Shown piece after piece: positions 18,288 through 27,535 of a DNA stretch of 64,000 nt. This DNA comes from Candidatus Omnitrophota bacterium (GTDB lineage: Bacteria > Omnitrophota > Gorgyraeia > Velamenicoccales > JABMQK01), in the NCBI GenBank assembly GCA_028711115.1, contig JAQTSV010000001.1, positions 774,032 to 838,031 on the forward strand. Direction: 5' to 3'. The position numbers and the translations under genes are program-made. Each line of letters begins with the position of its first letter. The stretch's first letter is position 1. The notes beneath the pieces were generated by a model. That model did no database searches, was not told where the DNA came from, and saw nothing but the letters and a program-made list of their open reading frames with translations.

Positions 18288-18788
18288 TTATAAAAGAACT
18301 TTTGCCAGCGGTGTATCTTTTATTTTGCGGGCAACCACTTCATATATTCCAAATAAACCAAGGCTGAATACCAAAGTAGATATGATTGATGTTCTAAAGA
18401 ATGGTATTGCCAATGTGTAACAGCTGATTAGTCCGTTTAATGTCCTGGGATACCAGCCCATAATCCAGACACCAAAATTAGTGATAATGAAAAATAACAC
18501 AGCCGAAGATAAAGCGCTAAGTGTTACATTCGCAGCGCTCTTTCTTTCTCTTAAAAACATTCCTAACCCGGAGATTAAAATAATTGAACCCCAGGTGAAT
18601 AAAACAGTATTATGGACTCCCAAAAATATATCCGTAAGCATCATAAGCGCAAGCGGCAAGAGGATAGCATATTTTTTATCTAGGTACGCTCCGCCGAATA
18701 AAGCGATGGCCAGTATGGGCGTAAAATTTGCCGTATGCGGTATGAATCTAAATATTATTCCCGTAATAAGCAGTATTAAAGCTAACAT
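18288..18788 (-). CDS. polytopic membrane protein, DUF6580-like putative transporter
   Basis: 166 aa with about 5 TM helices and RFIPHTANFTPILAIALFGGAYL at the N-terminus. The family assignment is from memory. Confidence 0.5.
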   Translation of the reverse strand: MLALILLITGIIFRFIPHTANFTPILAIALFGGAYLDKKYAILLPLALMMLTDIFLGVHNTVLFTWGSIILISGLGMFLRERKSAANVTLSALSSAVLFFIITNFGVWIMGWYPRTLNGLISCYTLAIPFFRTSIISTLVFSLGLFGIYEVVARKIKDTPLAKVLL

Positions 18789-18868
18789 TTTGCCTCCTTT
18801 AATAATCGTTTATTTTTGTTAGTTATGTTTTAATACAAAGTCTTTCTTTTGTCAAGCTAAAACTGATA

Positions 18869-19153
18869 TTATACCTGAAACCTCTTTTTTGTTTCTTTGA
18901 TTTCTTCTATATTTTTTAATCCAACCTTATGGGAAATATCGATGAATTCCTGTTCGGATATCTCATCCAGGGTTTTATTTTTCTTTTTTAATTGCTCGTT
19001 GAATTTTATGGCGGTTTCCTGCATCTGGTTATGTGTAGTCTTTGAGCCGCCAAGAAGATAGAAATTCTTACCTTTGGTAATCCTTGTATGCCCGTCCTTG
19101 GCATCAAGGCCTAAACCCAACAATATTTTCTTATATTTTTCTTTCCAGTCCAT
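18869..19153 (-). CDS. hypothetical small soluble protein
   Basis: 94 aa, Lys/Glu-rich, with LGLGLDAKDGHTRITKGKNFYLLGGSKTTH. It starts 8 nt after the DUF5989 stop, so it is likely co-transcribed. Confidence 0.5.
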   Translation of the reverse strand: MDWKEKYKKILLGLGLDAKDGHTRITKGKNFYLLGGSKTTHNQMQETAIKFNEQLKKKNKTLDEISEQEFIDISHKVGLKNIEEIKETKKRFQV

Positions 19154-19161
19154 AGAATTGT

Positions 19162-19320
19162 TTAAAACAAAGTGTAAATGAATGGCGCGACTGCTGAAGT
19201 CTGGGCAAAGATTATTAAAAGCGATAATAAAACCAAAATGATTAATATCGGCGCCAGCCAGTAACGTTTACGTACTCTCATAAAATCCCAGAGTTCTTTA
19301 AGTAAGGATAACTTTGCCAT
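19162..19320 (-). CDS. DUF5989 (SxtK-like) mini membrane protein
   Basis: Hand-translated 52 aa: MAKLSLLKELWDFMRVRKRYWLAPILIILVLLSLLIIFAQTSAVAPFIYTLF. The C-terminal APFIYTLF is the family hallmark. It is not in the ORF track. Confidence 0.8.
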   Translation of the reverse strand: MAKLSLLKELWDFMRVRKRYWLAPILIILVLLSLLIIFAQTSAVAPFIYTLF

Positions 19321-19334
19321 GGCGTTTATCTTGC

Positions 19335-19739
19335 TCAAAACTGTTTTTCGTAATCTTCTTTATTAAACTTTCTTTGCGGTTTGTCTATCCAATATGTCTT
19401 TAAGTTTGGATTTTTATTCAAATTCAACACGTCTTTTCTTAATAGCCGCAACAATATTCCCACAGGCGCAAAGACCAGATAAAAAATCCCTATCATTAAA
19501 ATACCGGTTATTACTACTCCTATCGCGGCTGCGCACTTCATCCAGATTTTGTAAAATTGTATCACAAAATCTTTCTTTATTAAATAAATAATTATAAGTA
19601 AAAATGAAAGAGCGGCCAATAAAGCCGAAATTTTCAAGTTTCCAGTCTTCAATATTTTCCATGAGAACAATAAAATAATCAAAACAAGCCCGGCGACGAA
19701 TACGTTTAACTGCTTTTTTGTCGGTGAGTTTTTTTGCAT
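19335..19739 (-). CDS. SxtJ-family membrane protein
   Basis: 134 aa with 3-4 TM helices and the C-terminal FAPVGILLRLLRKDVLNLNKNPNLKTYWIDK, typical of SxtJ homologues next to carbamoyltransferases. Confidence 0.7.
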   Translation of the reverse strand: MQKNSPTKKQLNVFVAGLVLIILLFSWKILKTGNLKISALLAALSFLLIIIYLIKKDFVIQFYKIWMKCAAAIGVVITGILMIGIFYLVFAPVGILLRLLRKDVLNLNKNPNLKTYWIDKPQRKFNKEDYEKQF

Positions 19740-19740
19740 A

Positions 19741-21570
19741 TTAATCTAATTCCAGATATTGAGTGTATTTTATTTTATCTTTTGTCGCGCCTTGCAGTTT
19801 CTTATCTATGAGAAAATTTCCTATTGCCAGATAATCCATATCCGTATTCAAGAAACACCGCAGGGCATCCAAAGGCGTGCAAACTATGGGTTCTCCTCTT
19901 ATATTAAACGATGTGTTTATGATTACCGGGCAGTTGCTTAATTCTTCGAACTTCTTTATAAGGTTATAAAAAAGCGGATTGCGCTGACTGTCTACAGTTT
20001 GAACTCTAGCGGAATAATCCACATGTGTTACGCTGGGGATTATTGAGCGTTTTACTTTTAATTTGTCAAACCCTTGCGATGTTTCTCCTGTTTGCTCAAG
20101 AATTTTGTCTTTTTTTACCTGCGCCACGAGCAGCATGTATGGGCTTTCCGCGTCCATATCAAAGTATTGCACGCATTTTTCTTTTAATACAGACGGCGCA
20201 AACGGCCTGAAGGATTCGCGGAATTTAATCTTTAAGTTCATTTTTGACTGCATTTCCTGCGAGCGCGCGTCTCCTATAATGCTCCTTGCGCCTAATGCGC
20301 GCGGGCCGAATTCCATTTTTCCCTGAAACCAGCCGATGACATTTTCTTCGTTGATTAACCCGGCAACTTTGTTTACCAATTCAGTTTCATTAAGGAATTC
20401 ATACTTTATGCCGTATTCATCCAGGGATTTTTTTATTTCTTCATTTGAATAATGTGTTCCCAGAAATGAACCTTTTTGCGAATCGTTAATTCCGTCTGCG
20501 TTCCTTTTATTTCCTAAATATTTATACCAGGTAAACAATGCCGCGCCTATTGCTCCGCCGGCATCTCCGGCAGCTGGCTGGATCCAGATATTTTTAAATA
20601 TTTTTTCTTTGAGGATTTTTCCGTTGCCGACGCAATTCAATGCGACTCCGCCGCCCAGGCAAAGGTTATCCTGTTTAGTCAATTCTTTTACATACTTTGC
20701 CATTTTCAACATTATCTCTTCTATGACTTCTTGAATGGAGCTGGCGATGTCCATTTGCCTTTGCGTAATTTTTGTCTCCGGTCTCCTCGCCGGGCCGCCA
20801 AAAAGTCTGGCGAATTTTTTATTGGTCATAGTAAGGCCGGCGCAGTAGTTAAAATATTTCATATTCATCTTAAATGAGCCGTCTTCTTTTATATCCAGGA
20901 GTTCCTTTAAGATTGTTTCTTTGTAAATTGGTTTTCCGTAAGGAGCCAGGCCCATTAATTTATACTCTCCGGAATTTACCCGAAAACCCGTAAAATAAGT
21001 AAATGCCGAATAAAGAAGCCCCAAAGAATGAGGAAAATGTAGTTCTTTAAGCAGTGTGACTTCGCTGTCTTTACCTATACCTGTGCTTGCTGTTGCCCAT
21101 TCGCCCACGCCGTCCATAGTCAATATGGCGGATTCTTTGAATGGCGAAGGATAAAACGCGGAAGCTGCGTGCGATTCGTGGTGTTCCGTAAAAATTACCG
21201 GGCCGCCATAACCTTCCAATTCATTTTTAATCAAATCTCTTGTGTGGAGTTTATTTTTGAGCCACATGGGCATAGACATCATAAATGAGCCAAGCCCGAA
21301 AGGCGCAAAACGCAGGTATGTTAAGATTATACGTTCGAATTTTATGAGAGGCTTGTCGTAGAAAGCGACGTATGATAAGTCTTTTGTTTGAATTACCGTT
21401 TCTTTCAGGCACCAGTTGATGGAGTTACACGGAAAATTGAAATCGTGTTTTTTTCTGGTGAAACGCTCTTCCTGCGCCGCGGCAATAATCTCACCATTTT
21501 TTACTATGCAGGCGGCGCTGTCGTGATAAAACGCCGAAATGCCCAGTATATAGGTGTCTTTCATCGTCAA
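19741..21570 (-). CDS. NodU/CmcH-family carbamoyltransferase
   Basis: 609 aa with ILGISAFYHDSAACIV, EERFTRKKHD, HHESHAASAF and a C-terminal YrdC-like part with NTSFNIRGEPIVCTP. Confidence 0.9.
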   Translation of the reverse strand: MTMKDTYILGISAFYHDSAACIVKNGEIIAAAQEERFTRKKHDFNFPCNSINWCLKETVIQTKDLSYVAFYDKPLIKFERIILTYLRFAPFGLGSFMMSMPMWLKNKLHTRDLIKNELEGYGGPVIFTEHHESHAASAFYPSPFKESAILTMDGVGEWATASTGIGKDSEVTLLKELHFPHSLGLLYSAFTYFTGFRVNSGEYKLMGLAPYGKPIYKETILKELLDIKEDGSFKMNMKYFNYCAGLTMTNKKFARLFGGPARRPETKITQRQMDIASSIQEVIEEIMLKMAKYVKELTKQDNLCLGGGVALNCVGNGKILKEKIFKNIWIQPAAGDAGGAIGAALFTWYKYLGNKRNADGINDSQKGSFLGTHYSNEEIKKSLDEYGIKYEFLNETELVNKVAGLINEENVIGWFQGKMEFGPRALGARSIIGDARSQEMQSKMNLKIKFRESFRPFAPSVLKEKCVQYFDMDAESPYMLLVAQVKKDKILEQTGETSQGFDKLKVKRSIIPSVTHVDYSARVQTVDSQRNPLFYNLIKKFEELSNCPVIINTSFNIRGEPIVCTPLDALRCFLNTDMDYLAIGNFLIDKKLQGATKDKIKYTQYLELD

Positions 21571-21575
21571 GATTA

Positions 21576-22094
21576 TTAGTATTCGATAGTTTTTCTTGCT
21601 ATGGTTCCTTTTTGGAAGGGATGTTTGACGAGGCGAAATTCCGTAATATAGTCAGCAATCTTGGCTAGTTTCTTTGGTTTGTTTATTCCTGTTAAAATAA
21701 TTTCTTTTTTATTTTTTATCTTGGTAAATATTTTTACGAGGTCGCTTTCTTTAATAAAATCTATAAGGTTTAAGACTTCGTCACATACAAGAATATCAAA
21801 ATTTTTATTCTGAACAATTTCTTTCAGTGTGAGTATCGATTCCTGAATGCATTCTTTTAGTTTTTTGATTTGTACAGCAGTTTTTTTCTTCAAGAATACA
21901 GGATGTGTCTGTTCGAATCTTATTTGTTTTACATTGGTGAATTTTCTTATGCTGATACATTCTCCGGATAGTGATTTCGGGGGTTTTAAGAATTGAACGA
22001 AGATTATTTTCTTCTTATAACCGGCAGCCCTTAAAATCAAACCCAGCGCCGCAGAGGTTTTACCTTTTCCTTTACCGTAATATATGTGCAACAT
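21576..22094 (-). CDS. cobO: cob(I)yrinic acid a,c-diamide / cob(I)alamin adenosyltransferase (CobO/BtuR type)
   Basis: 172 aa with YYGKGKGKTSAALGLILRAAGYKKKIIFVQFLK and CDEVLN. Confidence 0.8.
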   Translation of the reverse strand: MLHIYYGKGKGKTSAALGLILRAAGYKKKIIFVQFLKPPKSLSGECISIRKFTNVKQIRFEQTHPVFLKKKTAVQIKKLKECIQESILTLKEIVQNKNFDILVCDEVLNLIDFIKESDLVKIFTKIKNKKEIILTGINKPKKLAKIADYITEFRLVKHPFQKGTIARKTIEY

Positions 22095-22548
22095 TATTTT
22101 TATATATTAAGATGCCGCTTAGGCATAAAGCTGTTACTATTACCGCCGCAATAATCACTCCCAAAACAATACTTAAGAACGCATAGCGGAAACGAATTTT
22201 AAACAAGGAGGCGGCAATGCATCCTGTCCAGGCGCCTGTCATCGGTAATGGTATGCCCACAAACAGCACCAAGCCGATTGCTTCATACTTTTCTATCAGG
22301 CCTGCCTTTTTCTTGGTCCTTTCGAACAGCCAGTCGAAAAATCTGCTCCATAATCTAAATTTACGCAATCTTTCTGTAACAGGTTGAATCAGATAAAGTG
22401 CGGGTATAATAAACAAGGTATTTCCCAATATTGATAATAAGAATACTTTAAGCAAAGGCTCTTTGAGGTATAAGCCCAAAGGTATAGAGCCTCTTACTTC
22501 CGCAATGGGCAGGACAGCCGTTAGAATAATCAAGACATCATTATTCAT
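22072..22548 (-). CDS. small multidrug-export-like membrane protein (COG2426 family)
   Basis: 158 aa with 4 TM helices and LPIAEVRGSIPLGL, GIPLPMTGAWTG. Confidence 0.7.
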   Translation of the reverse strand: MNNDVLIILTAVLPIAEVRGSIPLGLYLKEPLLKVFLLSILGNTLFIIPALYLIQPVTERLRKFRLWSRFFDWLFERTKKKAGLIEKYEAIGLVLFVGIPLPMTGAWTGCIAASLFKIRFRYAFLSIVLGVIIAAVIVTALCLSGILIYKNNVAHILR

Positions 22549-22675
22549 AGTTATATTTCTGTGTTTAAGAAACCGAGAATTATCCTAACATAATAAAATA
22601 TTGTAAGCAAGCTTTAAATAGAATAGCTTTTTTAGATGGAGTTTATGGCGGGATAGATAAGGTTTTAGAAAAGTA

Positions 22676-23014
22676 TCAAACCATAGAAGGCTGGCTGGGC
22701 GATAAATCAATTTTTAAAGAATGCAGGAAATTGATAATGAATACTTTATCATCGCAATTTGCATACATGCTGCTCTTCATTTTTATAAAAAATGATTCGG
22801 TCCTCAGTTTGGTATTTTTTTCTTTTAAGATAAACAGTTCATTTTTTATCTTTTTATCCTGAGGATCGGCACTTTGCCTTAATTCATGGATGTCATAAAT
22901 AAGATGTTTATGTATGCGGGTAAGAATCCCTTCTTCATTAATGATTTCTTTGGCTAAAAGGATTCTTCTGGATTTATCTTTTGAGGTTAAATTTTTGAAC
23001 AGCAAATCTCTCAT
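22676..23014 (-). CDS. hypothetical protein
   Basis: 112 aa, soluble and Lys-rich. I recognise no family. It is preceded by a 196-nt non-coding leader. Confidence 0.45.
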   Translation of the reverse strand: MRDLLFKNLTSKDKSRRILLAKEIINEEGILTRIHKHLIYDIHELRQSADPQDKKIKNELFILKEKNTKLRTESFFIKMKSSMYANCDDKVFIINFLHSLKIDLSPSQPSMV

Positions 23015-23210
23015 TTCGCACCTTTTTTAAAGCCGGGCTACCTTTAATATTTTTTACTTATCCTCCATTTTTTTCTTTGGGCAACCCGGCTTTTCCTTTT
23101 GGGAACCCTAGATGATAGAAAAAAAGTTTAAGTCTAACAAAAAATCAGGATGTTTTTTTCACCTAAACTATAACACATAACTTATAGCAAAACAAGGGGT
23201 TATGGATATT

Positions 23211-23870
23211 TTAGGAAAGCGCTTTCTTCTGGAGGGATTGAATCTTGGATTTGATATCGAGGCGGTTTTCTTTATGTTGTATCAGCCTTAAAATATTAGA
23301 CTTATGGCGGAATATGGCAAATACAGACATAATGATACCAAAGAATATTACATCGGGACCTAGTTTAAAAACATATAAAAGAATTGGAAGAGATAGGGCT
23401 GAGACTATAGAAGCCAGGGAAACATATTGCCAGATAAAGAATGTCACAAACCAGACTAAAGCCAGTATGGAAATCGCTTTGGCGATAAGGATATTTTTTA
23501 TAGCCAATCCGATTAACACGCCGAAGGTTGTGGCAATGCCTTTCCCCCCTTTAAATTTCAGGAATACGGTCCAGTTATGCCCGCAGATACTGGTTAATCC
23601 TAAAATTAATCTTAAGGAATCTGAAGAGATGTTTAGCTTGGTAGTGGTTAAATCAGCTAAGAATATGATCGGTATAATGCCTTTAGAGATGTCTAAAAGT
23701 AAACCCACAATGCCAATTTTAAATCCCAATGCCCTTACTAAATTGGTTGCGCCGATGTTACCGGAGCCTACTTTGCGTAAATCCACATTTTTCAAGACCT
23801 TTGCCAGGATAAACGCAAAAGGCACAGAGCCCAGAAGATAACTTAATAATATAGCGGTGGCTAGGTTCAT
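23211..23870 (-). CDS. plsY: glycerol-3-phosphate acyltransferase PlsY
   Basis: 219 aa with YLLGSVPFAFILAK and GSGNIGATN. Confidence 0.95.
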   Translation of the reverse strand: MNLATAILLSYLLGSVPFAFILAKVLKNVDLRKVGSGNIGATNLVRALGFKIGIVGLLLDISKGIIPIIFLADLTTTKLNISSDSLRLILGLTSICGHNWTVFLKFKGGKGIATTFGVLIGLAIKNILIAKAISILALVWFVTFFIWQYVSLASIVSALSLPILLYVFKLGPDVIFFGIIMSVFAIFRHKSNILRLIQHKENRLDIKSKIQSLQKKALS

Positions 23871-24427
23871 TTTTTTTGCGGTTGTGCGTTAAACATCACG
23901 ATGCCTTTCCGCAGATAATCAATCCCGGAAATCAGCGTAAATATTACCGCGATATTCCAGATATAATAGCTCAAATTCAGTTTTAATAACAGAAACAGAA
24001 TTGTCATCATCTGAAAGAATGTGGATGTCTTTCCCCACCAGGTAGGCATTATTTTGTTTTCTTGATTGGTGAGGATGATAATCCCGCCACCTAAAAGTAA
24101 AATCACATCCCTGAATATTACAATCAGAATAACCCAGAGAGGAAGTTTTATGTCGAAATACTGGTTGCTTATGTGGTAGAGAAAGATAAATGCCGTGATT
24201 AACAGGAATTTATCAGCCAGAGGATCCAGGATTGCACCGGCCTGCGTCTTCTGGTTTCTTACGCGGGCGAAGTAGCCGTCAATAGCGTCGGAAATAATGG
24301 CCAGGGCAAAAATAAATAAAGCTATGAGGCGCAGATAATCCTTTTGCGGAGTATAATAAACAAGCGTGGTAATCAAAAAAGGGACGCTTAAAATCCTAAA
24401 GATTGTTATTTTATTTGCAAAGCTCAT
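23867..24427 (-). CDS. pgsA: CDP-alcohol phosphatidyltransferase (PgsA-like)
   Basis: 186 aa with DAIDGYFAR...GAILDPLADK. Confidence 0.85.
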   Translation of the reverse strand: MSFANKITIFRILSVPFLITTLVYYTPQKDYLRLIALFIFALAIISDAIDGYFARVRNQKTQAGAILDPLADKFLLITAFIFLYHISNQYFDIKLPLWVILIVIFRDVILLLGGGIIILTNQENKIMPTWWGKTSTFFQMMTILFLLLKLNLSYYIWNIAVIFTLISGIDYLRKGIVMFNAQPQKK

Positions 24428-25023
24428 TTAATAACGCGTATCCTGTTTAACGGCCAGTATATTAAAAATGCCTTTCCGATGAGATATTTATCCGGGACAA
24501 ATCCCCAGTAGCGGCTGTCCTTGGATGTGTGGCTGTTGTCTCCCAGGACAAAATACGAATCTTTGGGGACGGTTATTTTCTGATTGATTAGGCCGTAGTC
24601 TCCGCGATTATAGTAGTAAATATTTCTTACGGCAGGATTATTGAATTCCTTTGAATTTACGTAAACCCTTCCGTCTTTTATCTCCACCACATCTCCGCCT
24701 TTGCCAATCATACGTTTTATATACGCCCTTTTAATATCTTCGGGATAGTTGAATACGATTACATCTCCTTTTTGCGGATAGTTAAACTTAAAGATTCTGA
24801 TATCAGTAAACGGTATGCGCAAACCATATATAAACCTGTTGACGAATATTCTGTCTCCTTCCAGTAGGGTCTCGCGCATCGAGCCGGTAGGAATTTTAAA
24901 AGGCTGTACTATAAAACTTCTGATAAACAAAGCCAGCAATGTGGCAACAATGATTGTGTCCAGCCACTCTCTGATTACCGGCATTTTATTTTTGAGCTGG
25001 TTTTTCAATACGGATATATTCAT
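24424..25023 (-). CDS. lepB: signal peptidase I
   Basis: 199 aa with IPTGSMRETL, YIKRMIG and GDNSHTSKDSRYWG. Confidence 0.95.
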   Translation of the reverse strand: MNISVLKNQLKNKMPVIREWLDTIIVATLLALFIRSFIVQPFKIPTGSMRETLLEGDRIFVNRFIYGLRIPFTDIRIFKFNYPQKGDVIVFNYPEDIKRAYIKRMIGKGGDVVEIKDGRVYVNSKEFNNPAVRNIYYYNRGDYGLINQKITVPKDSYFVLGDNSHTSKDSRYWGFVPDKYLIGKAFLIYWPLNRIRVIK

Positions 25024-25032
25024 CGGTTCACC

Positions 25033-26826
25033 TCATATTTTTAATACTGCCAGAAATGCCTCCTGCGGGATTTGCACCTGGCCGAATTGTTTCAGTCTCT
25101 TTTTGCCCATTTTTTGTTTTTCCCAGAGTTTTCGCTTGCGCGTAATATCGCCGCCATAACATTTGGCTGTGACGTTCTTACCCACAGGCCTTACCCTTTC
25201 CGCAGCTATAACCTGAGTGCCGATAGCTGCCTGGATATTAACTTCGAATAATTGTCGCGGTATAAGTTCTTTTAACTTGGTAACCAGCATCCTTGCTTTT
25301 GCCTGCGCCTTGTCTTTGAATATTAGGCAGGAAAATGCGTCGCATAATCTACCGTTTAAAAGAACATCTAATTTTACTATTTTTGTGGGACGGTAATCTA
25401 GAAATTCATAGTCAAGCGAACCGTATCCGCGCGTCATCGACTTTATCTTATCATAGAAATCCACGATGACTTCTGAGAGCGGAATCTCAAAAATAATTTT
25501 TATTCTGTCTTGGCCTAAAAATTCCCGTACCTTGAAGATTCCTCTTTTTTCTTTTGCCAATTCACAGATAGGATCGATAGAATCAAAAGGCACGATGATG
25601 AAAGCCCGTATGTACGGTTCCTGGACCTCTGCGATTTCGTGAGGCTCGGGCAGCTTGGCCGGATTGTCTACTTCGATATTCTCCCCGTTTCTCTTGGTCA
25701 CTTTATAGACCACGTTGGGCGTGGTAATCATAAGATTGAGATCGTATTCTCTCTCTAATCTTTCTTGTACAATCTCCATATGCAGAAGGCCAAGGAATCC
25801 ACAGCGGAAACCGTAACCAAAGGATTGCGATGTCTCCGGCTCAAACACAAAAGAGGCGTCATTAAGGCTGAGTTTTTCCATCGCCTCTTTCAGTCTGCTG
25901 AAATCCGTTGCATTCACCGGATATATTCCGCAAAATACCAATGGCTTTACTTTTTTATAACCCGGCAATGGTTCGCTGGCCGGATGCTGTGCATCTGTTA
26001 CCGTGTCGCCGATTATAATTTCTTTGACGTTTCTGATATTGGCTGTAAAATAACCCACCTCTCCTGAACTGAGCTCTGATATTTTTACTCTCTCCGGAGC
26101 AAAAATTCCCACCTCTTCAATTTTATAGATTTTTCCAGAGCCAAGCATCTTTATTTCCAAACCAGGTCTTATTATTCCGTTAAAATTACGCACATATACC
26201 ATTACGCCTTTATAAATATCAAATATCGAGTCAAACATCAGTGCCTGTAGAGGATTATTGTCGTTTCCTTTTGGCGGCGGAATAGTAGTTATTATTTTTT
26301 CCAGTATGTCCTTCATGCCTGTTCCTTCTTTTGCGGAGGCAAGCACAATATCTTCTTCCTTAAATCTTAAGATACTGCATATTTGTTCTTTTACGCGTTC
26401 TATCTGGGCATTGGCCAGGTCAATTTTATTGATTACAGGTATGATTTTTAGATTATGTTCGATGGCCAGATAAAAATTTGCTACGGTCTGCGCCTCTATG
26501 CCTTGCGCGGCATCTACGACTAACAGAGCCCCTTCGCAGGCTGCCAGAGATTTGGATACTTCGTATGAAAAATCCACATGACCAGGCGTATCTATAAGAT
26601 TAAGCAGATATTTCTGATTATCTTTCGCCGTATAATTGATTTTTACCGCAGATGCCTTGATAGTGATTCCTCTCTCCCTTTCCAGATCCATGTCGTCCAA
26701 TAACTGGTTTCTGAAGTGCCTTTCGTCAATGACGCCGGTATCCAAAAGCAATCTGTCGGCCAATGTGGATTTTCCGTGGTCTATATGGGCGATTATAGAA
26801 AAATTTCTGATTAAATTTTTATCCAT
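25033..26826 (-). CDS. lepA: translation elongation factor 4 (LepA)
   Basis: 597 aa with IRNFSIIAHIDHGKSTLADR, DTPGHVDF and the LepA C-terminal domain. Confidence 0.97.
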   Translation of the reverse strand: MDKNLIRNFSIIAHIDHGKSTLADRLLLDTGVIDERHFRNQLLDDMDLERERGITIKASAVKINYTAKDNQKYLLNLIDTPGHVDFSYEVSKSLAACEGALLVVDAAQGIEAQTVANFYLAIEHNLKIIPVINKIDLANAQIERVKEQICSILRFKEEDIVLASAKEGTGMKDILEKIITTIPPPKGNDNNPLQALMFDSIFDIYKGVMVYVRNFNGIIRPGLEIKMLGSGKIYKIEEVGIFAPERVKISELSSGEVGYFTANIRNVKEIIIGDTVTDAQHPASEPLPGYKKVKPLVFCGIYPVNATDFSRLKEAMEKLSLNDASFVFEPETSQSFGYGFRCGFLGLLHMEIVQERLEREYDLNLMITTPNVVYKVTKRNGENIEVDNPAKLPEPHEIAEVQEPYIRAFIIVPFDSIDPICELAKEKRGIFKVREFLGQDRIKIIFEIPLSEVIVDFYDKIKSMTRGYGSLDYEFLDYRPTKIVKLDVLLNGRLCDAFSCLIFKDKAQAKARMLVTKLKELIPRQLFEVNIQAAIGTQVIAAERVRPVGKNVTAKCYGGDITRKRKLWEKQKMGKKRLKQFGQVQIPQEAFLAVLKI

Positions 26827-27530
26827 GAAATCACTTTATTGACAACTTCTTCTATAGATAAATTGGTAGTGTCTATATAGATTGCGTCTTCGGCTTTCTT
26901 AAGAGGCGCGATTTTTCTGGTAGAATCGATTTTATCGCGGGTGGAAAGATCATTTGCCACCAGTTCCATATTTATATTTTCTTTCTTTTCTTCCAATTCT
27001 TTGAATCTTCTGTTCACTCTTTCATTAAAATCAGCGTCCAAAAAGAATTTGTATTGCGCGTTGGGAAATACGACAGTTCCTATATCTCTTCCCTCCAAGA
27101 CAGAATTATTATTTTCTGCCAGTTTTCTTTGTAGTGTAGTCATTATTTCCCTTACTTCCTTTATTTTGGCAACATCCGATACCCCGTCGGTAACGTAAGG
27201 CTTTCGGATTTCTTTGCTTATATCTTCACCGTCTAAAGTTACCCTGAGGTTATTTTTGTCATATTCTAATCCAATATTCGTTTTTTTAAGCAAGTCGGAA
27301 ATGGACTTTTCATCTTTTAAATTAAGATTCAAGCGTTTTGCCTTTAGAGTCAATGCCCTGTACAAAGCCCCGGTATCAATATAAAAAAATCCCAGTTTTT
27401 GCGCTATGAGCTTGGCAACGGTGCTTTTTCCCGCGCCGGCAGGGCCGTCGATAGCGATAATGATTTCTTTATTTTGTTGTGAGGTTTTGGTCTGCGATTT
27501 CACGCGAAGATGAGATTTTGATTGCGGCAT
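26811..27530 (-). CDS. cmk: cytidylate kinase
   Basis: 239 aa with IAIDGPAGAGKSTVAK, YIDTGALYR and EGRDIGTVV. Confidence 0.95.
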   Translation of the reverse strand: MPQSKSHLRVKSQTKTSQQNKEIIIAIDGPAGAGKSTVAKLIAQKLGFFYIDTGALYRALTLKAKRLNLNLKDEKSISDLLKKTNIGLEYDKNNLRVTLDGEDISKEIRKPYVTDGVSDVAKIKEVREIMTTLQRKLAENNNSVLEGRDIGTVVFPNAQYKFFLDADFNERVNRRFKELEEKKENINMELVANDLSTRDKIDSTRKIAPLKKAEDAIYIDTTNLSIEEVVNKVISWIKI

Positions 27531-27535
27531 GAAAT

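Noticed and set aside
19414-19662. An 82-aa minus-strand ORF inside the SxtJ gene. Similar internal alternative-frame ORFs occur at 40837-41049 (in cvpA) and 48562-48768 (in the acyl-CoA dehydrogenase gene).
   Set aside because: They are out-of-frame overlaps within better-supported genes, and they have no recognisable motifs.
23060-23110. The mini-ORF ATGGAGGATAAGTAA (MEDK) in the long leader, considered as a leader peptide.
   Set aside because: It is too short and has no regulatory codon run. It is kept only as a detail of the leader finding, not as a feature.
23245-23841. A 198-aa plus-strand ORF covering almost all of plsY in antisense. Similar long antisense ORFs occur at 5169-5798, 28397-28972, 31488-32033, 44415-44948, 49091-49726 and 59166-59678.
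   Set aside because: Each lies wholly opposite a well-recognised conserved gene. Their compositions are low-complexity (Ser/Phe/Ile/Leu-rich), they have no SD, and I recognise no domain. They look like shadow ORFs produced by codon bias of the sense gene. Only ribosome profiling could rescue them.
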